Assembly (NCBI GenBank): GCA_039208735.1
Contig: JBCCQY010000078.1
Coordinates: 1-38,780, forward strand
Source of the DNA: Myxococcota bacterium
Lineage (GTDB): Bacteria; Myxococcota_A; UBA796; GCA-2862545
Length of the DNA: 38,780 nt
Reading direction: 5' to 3'
Shown: one piece after another, positions 29,593 through 37,470 of the stretch
Numbering within the stretch: position 1 is the stretch's first letter
Layout of the letters: each line of letters opens with the position of its first letter
Program-made: the position numbers and the translations under genes
The notes under the pieces: model-generated
Databases searched by the model: none
The model's input: only the letters and a program-made list of their open reading frames with translations
Told to the model about the DNA's origin: nothing

Positions 29593-30273
29593 ATGAACGG
29601 GAACCTGAAGATGATGTTGGTTTGGGTTGGAAGCCTCGCGTCGACCGCGGCCTGGGCGCAGGACGTGGGAACGGTGAACGAGTCTCCAGACGTTGAAGAG
29701 CGCGACGATGCGCCGCCGACGCCAGTTCTCACACCGCTGACCCCTGAGCCGCTGGATGCGGCCGACCTTCCGGTTCCCACGCTTGAAATCGAACGCCTGC
29801 CCGCAAACACCAGCTACGAATTTGCGATGCAAGTGAGCTTTGGCCAGGTGGCGTACTTCACCGATGTTGCCTCGAGCTGGCCTGGATTTGGCCTACGCGC
29901 AGGTTGGGGCAAGAATTTGGGCGGTAACTCGCGGATTGGGGTCTCTGGGGCGGCCTCTATCGAGGGCGAATTCGGAATCTTTACGCTGCTCACCCTCGAG
30001 CCCGGCGTGGCCTTCGACTTCGTGGGCAACCGGGGTGGCCTGTTCGGCGTGACCGCAGGCCCAAGCTTCGTGCACACCCGAGACAACTCCACGGTCCTGC
30101 GAGAGCAGGGCTTCGCCTTGGCTCCCTACGTGGCTGCGCGTGTGGGATGGTCGCAGACCTTCTCGAGTGTCGGTCGTCGGTTGTTCCTGTACCTGGAGCC
30201 GAAGGTGCGCTTCACGGAGTTTGGACCGGTTCCGATTGCCGCATTCGTCGTTGGCTCGGGTGGCGGCCGGTAG
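29593..30273 (+). CDS. Putative outer-membrane beta-barrel protein
   Basis: GGAGG SD; signal peptide ending AWA-Q; about 8 amphipathic beta strands. Confidence 0.65.
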   Translation: MNGNLKMMLVWVGSLASTAAWAQDVGTVNESPDVEERDDAPPTPVLTPLTPEPLDAADLPVPTLEIERLPANTSYEFAMQVSFGQVAYFTDVASSWPGFGLRAGWGKNLGGNSRIGVSGAASIEGEFGIFTLLTLEPGVAFDFVGNRGGLFGVTAGPSFVHTRDNSTVLREQGFALAPYVAARVGWSQTFSSVGRRLFLYLEPKVRFTEFGPVPIAAFVVGSGGGR

Positions 30274-30379
30274 GTTTTCCCCAGCACGTTACGACCGGTC
30301 GGGGCGGGTGGCTCTCGATGGATGGAGACATCCTCTGACGGTCCAAACCCCGCACAAACGACAAGAATCCAGCCCGATG

Positions 30380-30406
30380 GACGATGCATGTGTTACATGC
30401 GTCGTC
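30380..30406. promoter_or_regulatory. 12-bp inverted repeat upstream of the TlpA-like gene
   Basis: GACGATGCATGT-GTT-ACATGCGTCGTC, one mismatch. Confidence 0.5.
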
Positions 30407-30435
30407 TTCTCGACGAAGGAATGGTGGAGGTTTTG

Positions 30436-31161
30436 GTGAACCGGAGCATCTTTGCGGTCTTGGCGCTCGCCAGCGTCACCGCTTGCAGCGACCCCGACGT
30501 CAATTCGAAGCTTGGCGACCTCGAAGCTCGCATTCAGAAGCTCGAAGAGACCCCGCGTGCGGCGGCTCGTCCCGGTCAGGCCGACCCGGCCGAAGAGCAG
30601 GCAGCGGCGAACATTCTGAAGGAAGCCACGCAGATGGCTCAGGACATGAATGTCGACGGCGCCAAGGCGAAGCTGGCCGAGCTCAGCGAGAAGTATGGCA
30701 GTACGCGTGCGGCCCGCGCAGCACAGCGTCTGTCCACGGAACTCGAAGTGGTTGGCAAGGACGCAGTCCCGCTCGACGTCGAGAAGTGGTTCAACGGTTC
30801 GGCGGCGGACGTCGAGGGCGGCAAGGCCACGCTCTACGTCTTCTGGGAAGTCTGGTGCCCGCACTGCAAGCGCGAAGTGCCGAAGCTGGCCGAAACCTAC
30901 GACAAGTTCAAGGGTAAGGGCCTTTCGATGGTGGGTCTCACCAAGATGACCCGCAACATCACCGAGGACGAAGTCTCGGAGTTCATCAAGGAGAAGGGTG
31001 TCAACTACCCGATCGCCAAGGAGAAGGGTGACAACCTTTCCCAGCACTACGGCGTTCGTGGCATCCCCGCCGCGGCCATGGTCAAGGACGGCAAGGTTGT
31101 GTGGCGTGGTCACCCGGCTCGCCTCACGGACGACATGATCACGAAGTACCTGGGCGCCTAA
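30436..31161 (+). CDS. TlpA/ResA-family thioredoxin-like lipoprotein
   Basis: GGAGG before GTG 30436; VTAC lipobox; FWEVWCPHC active site; YGVRGIP cis-Pro motif. Confidence 0.92.
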   Translation: MNRSIFAVLALASVTACSDPDVNSKLGDLEARIQKLEETPRAAARPGQADPAEEQAAANILKEATQMAQDMNVDGAKAKLAELSEKYGSTRAARAAQRLSTELEVVGKDAVPLDVEKWFNGSAADVEGGKATLYVFWEVWCPHCKREVPKLAETYDKFKGKGLSMVGLTKMTRNITEDEVSEFIKEKGVNYPIAKEKGDNLSQHYGVRGIPAAAMVKDGKVVWRGHPARLTDDMITKYLGA

Positions 31162-31176
31162 GCTCCCGCGGTGTTT

Positions 31177-31222
31177 CGAACCGGGCCCGCCGCTTCCCAA
31201 GGGAGGCGGCGGGCTTCGTTCG
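31177..31222. terminator. Strong hairpin between convergent genes, probable bidirectional terminator
   Basis: GCCCGCCGCTTCCC-AA-GGGAGGCGGCGGGC followed by TTCGTTCG. Confidence 0.75.
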
Positions 31223-31229
31223 TTGGGGA

Positions 31230-32660
31230 TCAGCCCACCGCGAGAGTCGCGGTGGTGGTCAGGGCGTCGAGGCCCGCGGCAACCCGTCCGATGACCAGAA
31301 TCCCGGGGGCCTGTGCCTTTGTGGAGGCGAGTCCCCCGACCACGGTGTGCGTGACACGCTGATCGGGATGGGAGGCGCGTTCCACGATGGCGGCGGGCCA
31401 GTCGGCGGGCCAGCCCGCGGCCCGAAGCTCGTCCGATAAGGTTGGTAAGCGGCCGATCGCCATCAGCATGACCACGGTGGTATCGGGCCGGTACGCGGGC
31501 ACGTCGGGTTGTCGACTGCCTTGGCCATGGCCCGTACACACCAGTACGCGGTCCGCGAGGCCTCGATGGGTCGTGGCAATGCCCGCGAGTGCGGGTGCGG
31601 CCAGGGCGCTGCTTACGCCAGGCAGGACTTCGGCGTCGAGTCCGGCTGCCCGATAGCGCGCGACCTCCTCGCCGCCCCGCCCGAACACAAACGGATCTCC
31701 ACACTTGAGCCGCACCACCACCCGACCCGCGCGAGCCGCTTCGATGGCCTGCCGATCGAGACTATCCTGCGCTTCGTCGGCGTTGCCCTTGCGCTTGCGG
31801 GCAATGCGCAACTCCCCCTCCACCAGATCGAGGATCGCGTCGGGGACCAAGCGGTCGGCAAGCACCAGATCCGCATCGCGGAGTGAATCTCGCGCCGCTA
31901 CGGTGAGCCAGCGAGGGTCGCCTGGACCAGCCCCGACCAGCCGGATGACGGTGGCCGATCGCAGAGGCGCCGCCGTAGGCGGTGGTCGACCTGCGAGGTA
32001 GCGCGCGGTGAGATCGGCCAACTCGGAATCGTCCAGATTGGCGATCCAGGACCAGTTGGCGTGCGTTGCAAGTTCGGTGAGCCAGCTCATGCGCCGGGCC
32101 GCGTTTGCGGGAGCGGGGTCGGCGGACCGAATTGCGCGACGGAGCCGGCCGAACGCCGCAGACGCTTCGCCCAATCGATCCGGCAGGGCGCGGGCGATTC
32201 GCTGGCGAATGCGGCGTGAGAGAGCCGGTCCGGTTCCGTTGGTCGACACTGCGATCTGAACCGGCCCGTCGCGGTGCATGGAGGCAAACCAGAAGTCGCA
32301 GAGGTCTGGCACATCGGCGACGTTGACGGGGATCCGAAGGCCGCGGCACGCCTTTGCGATCCAGGCACTCTGGGCTTCGTCGTCCATTGCGGTGAGCACC
32401 AAATCCGCTTGATCAAGGTCGCTTGGATGAAATCGCCGTGGTCGCCAGGTGACTTCGCCGCGTTCGGCCCGTTGGCGAATCTCTGGCGTGGCCTCCGGAG
32501 CCACGACCGTCACCACGCCATCGGCCTCGAGTGCCGCCACAATGCGCCCTGCGGCGACCGTGCCTCCGCCTACGACCAGGACCTGGCGCGTGTGGAGTCG
32601 CCACGCCACGATCATCGACCCTCCCCCGGCCACCGGGGGGGCTAGACGCGTCACCGTCAT
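31230..32660 (-). CDS. cysG: Multifunctional siroheme synthase (dehydrogenase/ferrochelatase plus uroporphyrinogen-III C-methyltransferase)
   Basis: VLVVGGG, VNVADVPDLCDF, IAVSTNG; LVGAGPGDP, RLKCGDPFVFGRGGEE, PGVSS. ATGA overlap with the reductase gene. Confidence 0.93.
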   Translation of the reverse strand: MTVTRLAPPVAGGGSMIVAWRLHTRQVLVVGGGTVAAGRIVAALEADGVVTVVAPEATPEIRQRAERGEVTWRPRRFHPSDLDQADLVLTAMDDEAQSAWIAKACRGLRIPVNVADVPDLCDFWFASMHRDGPVQIAVSTNGTGPALSRRIRQRIARALPDRLGEASAAFGRLRRAIRSADPAPANAARRMSWLTELATHANWSWIANLDDSELADLTARYLAGRPPPTAAPLRSATVIRLVGAGPGDPRWLTVAARDSLRDADLVLADRLVPDAILDLVEGELRIARKRKGNADEAQDSLDRQAIEAARAGRVVVRLKCGDPFVFGRGGEEVARYRAAGLDAEVLPGVSSALAAPALAGIATTHRGLADRVLVCTGHGQGSRQPDVPAYRPDTTVVMLMAIGRLPTLSDELRAAGWPADWPAAIVERASHPDQRVTHTVVGGLASTKAQAPGILVIGRVAAGLDALTTTATLAVG

Positions 32661-34783
32661 GAGGCCGCCTTCGCGCTGACGCGACCGACAATGGTGTGGG
32701 CTTCCTCAACGAACAACTCAGATTCCACGGCGAGCCGGCGCACCCGGTCGCCGCCCACCTTCGTCTCCGTCATGGCCTGCAAGTAGTAGTGGCCGATGCC
32801 TTCGAAGATCCGGTCCGCATCGTAATAGTGCTTGCGGAAGGCCTGAACTTCGTCGGCGGGCTGGGTGATGCCGTCGAGCGATAACAGCGCTTGGGCCGCG
32901 GCAGAGAAGGCGGCCAACGCGTGCGTGCGCACCTGTTCGGGAGACGAGCCATCTTCGAGGGACCCGATGGCACGGTCCGCATGGCGGTCCGCCTCGGCGA
33001 TGAGGAGATCAGCGTGGAGCACCACCTCGCCGGCGCACTCCCCGACCCCTCGCACAACCTCGAAGGCGTCGGTGACACCTGCCTCCCGATACAACTCGGG
33101 GGCTTCGGAGAACTCTGGGAGGACGGTGAGATCCTCGATCATGGCCTTGAGAGCTCGCCTGCCCTGGCGCCGAACCCAGTCGCCGAACGCCTCATCGGGG
33201 GTGCTGTCATCGACGAACCGCCGACTCACCCGTTCGACCACCGCCGCAATGCGAGCGGCGGGTACTTTGGTGATCGGCAAGGCGAACCCGTCTCCAGGAC
33301 GAGCATCTTCGCCTTTGGCCAATCCGTCCTGGCGTCCCCCGAGCAGTACGACGAAGTGCGGAGCAGCATGTCCGCCCTTGGTGCGCGCGGCGCCAAAAAA
33401 TCCGATGTCTGCGATCTGGTGCTGGGCGCAGCTGTTCGGGCAGCCCGAGAGATGGACTCGGAGCTTGGCAATGCGGGGGTCTTCGGTGAGCGCCTCGAGC
33501 TGGTCTTGTACGGCGCGAACGGCCTTGCGAGGCGAGGTGATTCCAAGCTTGCAGGTGTCCGCGCCAGGGCACGTCACGGGATCCACCACGCCGCCCGAGA
33601 GGACCCCGCCCAGATCGAGGGCGTTCAACCCGTCGTAGAGTGCGCCAAGGCGATCTTTCGCCACCCAGCGGATCCGAAGCGACTGGTCGACACCGATGCG
33701 CGTGGTGTCGCCAACCTGCTCGGCGAGCAGTCGGGCGAGCCCACGCAGTTGGCTCGGATTGAGGTCTCCGCGGGGCACGCGAACCCGCACCTGGACGTAG
33801 CCTTCTTGGCGCTGGGGCAAGACGTTCGTGTTGCGCCACCGGGCCTCGGCCGCGTTGCGGGCGGCGGGCGCTTCCGTGGTGCCTTCATGCAGCGGGTGAT
33901 CGCGCCAGGTCTCCACCTCGAACGCGGCCCATGCGGGGTCTGGAGTCAGCTGGGCCCGTTCTGCTGTGACGGCGTCCCGAAGGCGTTCGATGCCCCAGTC
34001 CGCCACCAGGAATTTCATGCGAGCCCGTGCTCGTTTCGCCTTTTCCCCGTGCCGTGCGAACAGCCGGAGGAGGGCGACGGCGGTTGGCAGAAGCTCGTCG
34101 ACGGCCAGGAACTCCGTGAGCACCGGAGCTTCGTGCGGAACTGCTCCGAGGCCACCGCCCACACGAACGTGGAATCCACGTTGGCCGTCCTTGACCACCG
34201 CCGTTGCACCGAGATCGTGAATCGCGGAAAGGTTCTCGCGCGGGTCGAAGGAGCCCGAGAGCGTGACTTTGAACTTTCGCCCAAGACTCTGCCCATCCGG
34301 ATGCTTCAGCAGATACTGGGCGAGCGCCATCCCGTAAGGCGTGACATCGAAGGCTTCGTGAGGCGAGACGCCCGCGTCGGCCGAGGCGGTCACATTCCGG
34401 ACGACGTTTCCGCAGGCCTCCCGGGCCGTCATTTCGGCATCCGAAAGTACCGAAAGCAGGTCTGGCGTGGCGCGCAGTGCGACGAAGTGGACCTGGATGT
34501 CCTGCCGTGTCGTGAGGTGCGCGATCCCGTGGCCGTAGCGCTCCGCGATGTCGGCGAATGCGATCATCTGTGAGGGGGCCAACAGTCCAAGGGGCAGCTT
34601 GCTGCGCAGCATGTGCACCCCGTCTTGGCGCTGGCCATAGATGCCGTGACGCAGGCGGTATTCGAGGAACACTGCTTCGGGAATCCGTCCGGCTTCAAAC
34701 CGGGCAATCGAGGCATCGAGATCGGCGATTTCGGCGCGGACGACGTCCTTTGCGCCAGCGATGGTGGGACGAAGGGCGGTCAT
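32657..34783 (-). CDS. Siroheme/[4Fe-4S] sulfite reductase (ferredoxin-dependent Sir/NirA type) with a C-terminal helical extension
   Basis: GIYGQRQ, HLTTRQDIQ, ACGNVVRN, RKFK, RARMKF, CPGADTC...GCPNSC ligands and GVGECAG. Lies between cysH and cysG with ATGA overlaps on both sides. Confidence 0.92.
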   Translation of the reverse strand: MTALRPTIAGAKDVVRAEIADLDASIARFEAGRIPEAVFLEYRLRHGIYGQRQDGVHMLRSKLPLGLLAPSQMIAFADIAERYGHGIAHLTTRQDIQVHFVALRATPDLLSVLSDAEMTAREACGNVVRNVTASADAGVSPHEAFDVTPYGMALAQYLLKHPDGQSLGRKFKVTLSGSFDPRENLSAIHDLGATAVVKDGQRGFHVRVGGGLGAVPHEAPVLTEFLAVDELLPTAVALLRLFARHGEKAKRARARMKFLVADWGIERLRDAVTAERAQLTPDPAWAAFEVETWRDHPLHEGTTEAPAARNAAEARWRNTNVLPQRQEGYVQVRVRVPRGDLNPSQLRGLARLLAEQVGDTTRIGVDQSLRIRWVAKDRLGALYDGLNALDLGGVLSGGVVDPVTCPGADTCKLGITSPRKAVRAVQDQLEALTEDPRIAKLRVHLSGCPNSCAQHQIADIGFFGAARTKGGHAAPHFVVLLGGRQDGLAKGEDARPGDGFALPITKVPAARIAAVVERVSRRFVDDSTPDEAFGDWVRRQGRRALKAMIEDLTVLPEFSEAPELYREAGVTDAFEVVRGVGECAGEVVLHADLLIAEADRHADRAIGSLEDGSSPEQVRTHALAAFSAAAQALLSLDGITQPADEVQAFRKHYYDADRIFEGIGHYYLQAMTETKVGGDRVRRLAVESELFVEEAHTIVGRVSAKAAS

Positions 34784-35496
34784 GGCTTCAGCTCGCGGAC
34801 GGGGGTGGGAGAACGGTGAATGCCGCACTCGGTCTTGCGGCTGTGATGCCAACGACCACTGCGCTCGTCGTTGGGGTCGAGAGGGCGGCGGGTGCAGGTA
34901 CGGCAGCCGAGGCTTGTGAAGCCCTGCGTGAGCAACGGGTGGTGGGGCAGGTTGTGGGATTTGATCCGGCTCAGCACTTCGTTGCGCGTCCAGAACGCGA
35001 GCGGGCTGACCTTCACGATGTCGTGCGCCGCGTCCCAGGCCAGCGGTTCAACGGTGGCCCGGCTTGCCGATTGGTCACGCCGAAGGCCCGTGATCCACGC
35101 CTGCTGCCCCTCTAGCGCCCGTCGCAATGGGACGACCTTTCGTAGGTGGCAGCAGCGGTCAGGATCAAGGCGGAAGAGCGCCGCTCCATTGGTCCGGGCT
35201 TGTTCGAGCGGGGTTTGCGTAGGGCGAACCCGCTCGATCGCAATGCCGAAGTGCGCCTCGACGGTCTTGGCAAACGCCAGGGTTTCGTCGAAGAGCAGGC
35301 CCGTATCGAGGAGCAACGTCCGGACGGGCCGCCCGAGTCGCTGCAGCAAATGGAGAATCACGATCGATTGGGGACCAAGGCTGGTCGCCAGTGTGATGCG
35401 TGGGAACGCATCGGTTGCCCAGCGAAGCACGTCGTCGGCATCGACGAGGTCGTCGGGCAAGTCGTCAGGCTCGTCTTCGAGCGAAGCGAGGGCCAT
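34780..35496 (-). CDS. cysH: Adenylyl-sulfate reductase, [4Fe-4S] APS-type CysH
   Basis: LDTGLLFDET, DRCCHLRKVVPL, WITGLRRDQS, SLGCRTCT and ERSGRW...KTECGIH motifs. GGAGG lies 5 nt before ATG 35496. Confidence 0.95.
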   Translation of the reverse strand: MALASLEDEPDDLPDDLVDADDVLRWATDAFPRITLATSLGPQSIVILHLLQRLGRPVRTLLLDTGLLFDETLAFAKTVEAHFGIAIERVRPTQTPLEQARTNGAALFRLDPDRCCHLRKVVPLRRALEGQQAWITGLRRDQSASRATVEPLAWDAAHDIVKVSPLAFWTRNEVLSRIKSHNLPHHPLLTQGFTSLGCRTCTRRPLDPNDERSGRWHHSRKTECGIHRSPTPVRELKP

Positions 35497-35498
35497 GA

Positions 35499-35602
35499 TG
35501 GCCTCCGGAATGACGTACACCGGAGGCCAAGCCAGGCACCCCGGTGCATGACCGGGGTGGAAGAAAAGAATTGCCTGCTAGCGCACGCCTCCGACCCCGG
35601 TC
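35499..35602 (-). promoter_or_regulatory. Alternative RNA helices controlling the cysH ribosome-binding site (candidate translational attenuator)
   Basis: UGGCCUCCGG (35529-35520) pairs with CCGGAGGCCA (35508-35499), which contains the SD. CGGAGGC in the leader (35593-35587) competes for the same anti-SD. A 9-bp hairpin lies at 35559-35537. Confidence 0.75.
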
Positions 35603-35658
35603 CAACGACCACAGCAACACAGGCAGCAGCAGGAGCAGAGCTGGAGAAGGGCACGCAC
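35578..35658 (-). CDS. Poly-cysteine leader peptide (MRALLQLCSCCCLCCCGRWTGVGGVR); alternative GTG start at 35721 gives 47 aa
   Basis: 7 Cys in 9 codons (35637-35611) using both TGC and TGT; stop about 80 nt upstream of cysH; co-oriented with the cys operon. Confidence 0.75.
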   Translation of the reverse strand: MRALLQLCSCCCLCCCGRWTGVGGVR

Positions 35659-35772
35659 GAGGGCAATCCAGGAGAAAGCGGGCCGTTTGGGCTCGCTCTG
35701 CCGTCGTACCTTGAGGGTCACGGACCTGCAATCTGAAGCGGTGGGTCGGTTATGCTCGCGGCCATGACGGCG

Positions 35773-36339
35773 ATGACAGGATGGGGATCGCGGTGGGGAC
35801 TCGCCTTGGTCCTCGTCGCATGTGGACGAACGTTCGCACCGGCGGAGGACGGGTCGCCGCCCGACAACGCTCCCCACGTTGCCAAGGCCGCGGTGACTCG
35901 GCCTGTACCGGCTCCCGAGGGTCCACCCGACCCGTTGCACGGGTTGCCCAGCGACGAGCGCGAGGCTCGACTGCGGGAATTGGGCGAAGAGGCCTATGCC
36001 ATCGAGGGGGCAGGGCGGTGTGCGGCGTGTCACGGACCGGGAGGGCGAGGCCTTCGTGGTGCGATCCCGCCCTTGACCGGAGAGCGGCCGTGGTTGGCGG
36101 ACTGCTTTGCCCATGCCGCGATCGTGTTGTTTGGCCTCCACGACCCGATCGTTGTCGATGGCCTGACCTACGGTGGTGTCATGCCACCGCAGGCGGAGCA
36201 GCTCGACGATCTGCAGGTGGCCGCGATCACCACCTATGTCCACGGGGCATGGGGCAACGCAGGCCCGGTCTGTTCTCCCGATGATGTTGCCGTCGTGCGC
36301 TTTCAAGGCCCCATGAGTCGAATGATCGAGGATCAGTAA
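35773..36339 (+). CDS. Monoheme cytochrome c lipoprotein
   Basis: LVAC lipobox; CAACHG heme motif; IPPL, YGGVMP (axial Met) and TYV..AWGN. Start could be 35752, 35764 or 35773. Confidence 0.9.
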   Translation: MTGWGSRWGLALVLVACGRTFAPAEDGSPPDNAPHVAKAAVTRPVPAPEGPPDPLHGLPSDEREARLRELGEEAYAIEGAGRCAACHGPGGRGLRGAIPPLTGERPWLADCFAHAAIVLFGLHDPIVVDGLTYGGVMPPQAEQLDDLQVAAITTYVHGAWGNAGPVCSPDDVAVVRFQGPMSRMIEDQ

Positions 36340-36355
36340 AACCTTACGCCGGCTC
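36339..36355 (+). repeat. 17-bp sequence identical to part of the 94-bp tandem repeat unit
   Basis: AAACCTTACGCCGGCTC also occurs at 38621-38637 and 38715-38731. Confidence 0.9.
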
Positions 36356-36361
36356 ATACGA

Positions 36362-37309
36362 TCAGACGGACCACTCGAACCCGGTCGCCTCCTGCGACAC
36401 ATCCCAGAGGCGCTCCATCACGGGCTTGTCGTACGCATAGGACTCCAGCGAGCCCTGGCCAACCGGGCCGACCGCTTCCAGCCGACCGGTAGGACCGTGC
36501 AAGGCGCGCTGCTCGAGACCGTGCTCGGTGGCGCACATGACCTCGGGGTAGGCTCCCTTCTCGGCGGTCTGGACCATCGGCGTCAGGGTCATCAGCCACC
36601 AGGTGAACCGCGTCAGCGCGCTTCCGCTGGTGGCGATCAAAGACGTCGCTGATGCGCCAGGGTGGCAGACGAACACCCGCGTCTTCTTGCCAACCGCCTT
36701 CACCCGGTCCTGAAGCTCGTAGGCGAACATCATCTGGGCCAGCTTGCTCTGGCTGTAGGCTGTGTTGCCGCCGTAGCCCTGGTCCCAGTTTATGTCGTCG
36801 AATCGGATCGTTCGCAGCCCCATGCGGTAGCCGAGGCTGGCCACAACGACGATCCTGCCCTCCGACTCTTCGATGCGGTCAAAGAGCAAGCCGCACAGCA
36901 GGAAGTGCCCGTAGTGGTTGGTACCGAGCTGGCTCTCGAAGCCATCGACGGTGAGCTTGCGCGTCGGCACCTGCGCGATGGCCCCATTGCAGATCAGCGC
37001 GTCGATCCGAGGGACCCTCTCGAGGACCTCCGCGGCGGCCTCGCGCACGCTCGCCAAAACTGCGAGATCCATCCGGATGAAGGAGACGCTGGCGTTGTCC
37101 CCGAACTCCTCCTTCAGCCGGGCGATCGCTGCAGCCGACTTGTCGGGATTGCGGTTCAGCATCACCACCTGCGCGCCCTTGCGTAGGAGGATCCGACTCG
37201 CTTCGAAGCCGGCGCCGGCGTTGGCCCCGGTGATGAGGAAGGTCTTTCCCTCAAGCGAGCCCAGCCGCTCTGGGCTCCAGCCATTCCGGCCGAACGTGTG
37301 GTCTGCCAT
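36362..37309 (-). CDS. Short-chain dehydrogenase/reductase (retinol-dehydrogenase-like)
   Basis: TGANAGAG, DGFESQLGTNHYGHF, YSQSK (YxxxK) and HPG motifs; AGGAG SD. Confidence 0.95.
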   Translation of the reverse strand: MADHTFGRNGWSPERLGSLEGKTFLITGANAGAGFEASRILLRKGAQVVMLNRNPDKSAAAIARLKEEFGDNASVSFIRMDLAVLASVREAAAEVLERVPRIDALICNGAIAQVPTRKLTVDGFESQLGTNHYGHFLLCGLLFDRIEESEGRIVVVASLGYRMGLRTIRFDDINWDQGYGGNTAYSQSKLAQMMFAYELQDRVKAVGKKTRVFVCHPGASATSLIATSGSALTRFTWWLMTLTPMVQTAEKGAYPEVMCATEHGLEQRALHGPTGRLEAVGPVGQGSLESYAYDKPVMERLWDVSQEATGFEWSV

Positions 37310-37352
37310 GTCGTGCTCCTAGGCGGGGGACCTCCCGCTCCTCGAACGTATG

Positions 37353-37409
37353 CGCCCGAGTGCGACACAAAACTATCTTTGCACGCCAATCTATCATCAC
37401 TGGCCGCCA
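37353..37409 (-). promoter_or_regulatory. Three direct repeats at 21-bp period, candidate AraC-family operator
   Basis: TGGCG-N6-GATG (from 37409), TGGCG-N6-GATA (from 37388) and TGTCG (from 37367), then a -10-like TACGTT at 37350-37345. Confidence 0.6.
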
Positions 37410-37470
37410 GCTCGTCTTGGCCGCAGTCAGCGTCGGACCTCGAACGCGAAGCGGATGATGTTGTGCGGTG

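Noticed and set aside
35537..35571. Intrinsic terminator in the cysH leader
   Set aside because: The U-rich tract precedes the hairpin on the cys mRNA rather than following it. Rho-dependent termination cannot be excluded.
35722..36402. Upstream part of the 274-aa minus-strand ORF 35578..36402
   Set aside because: It is antisense to a clear cytochrome c gene. Only the 3' poly-Cys portion is credible, as a leader peptide.
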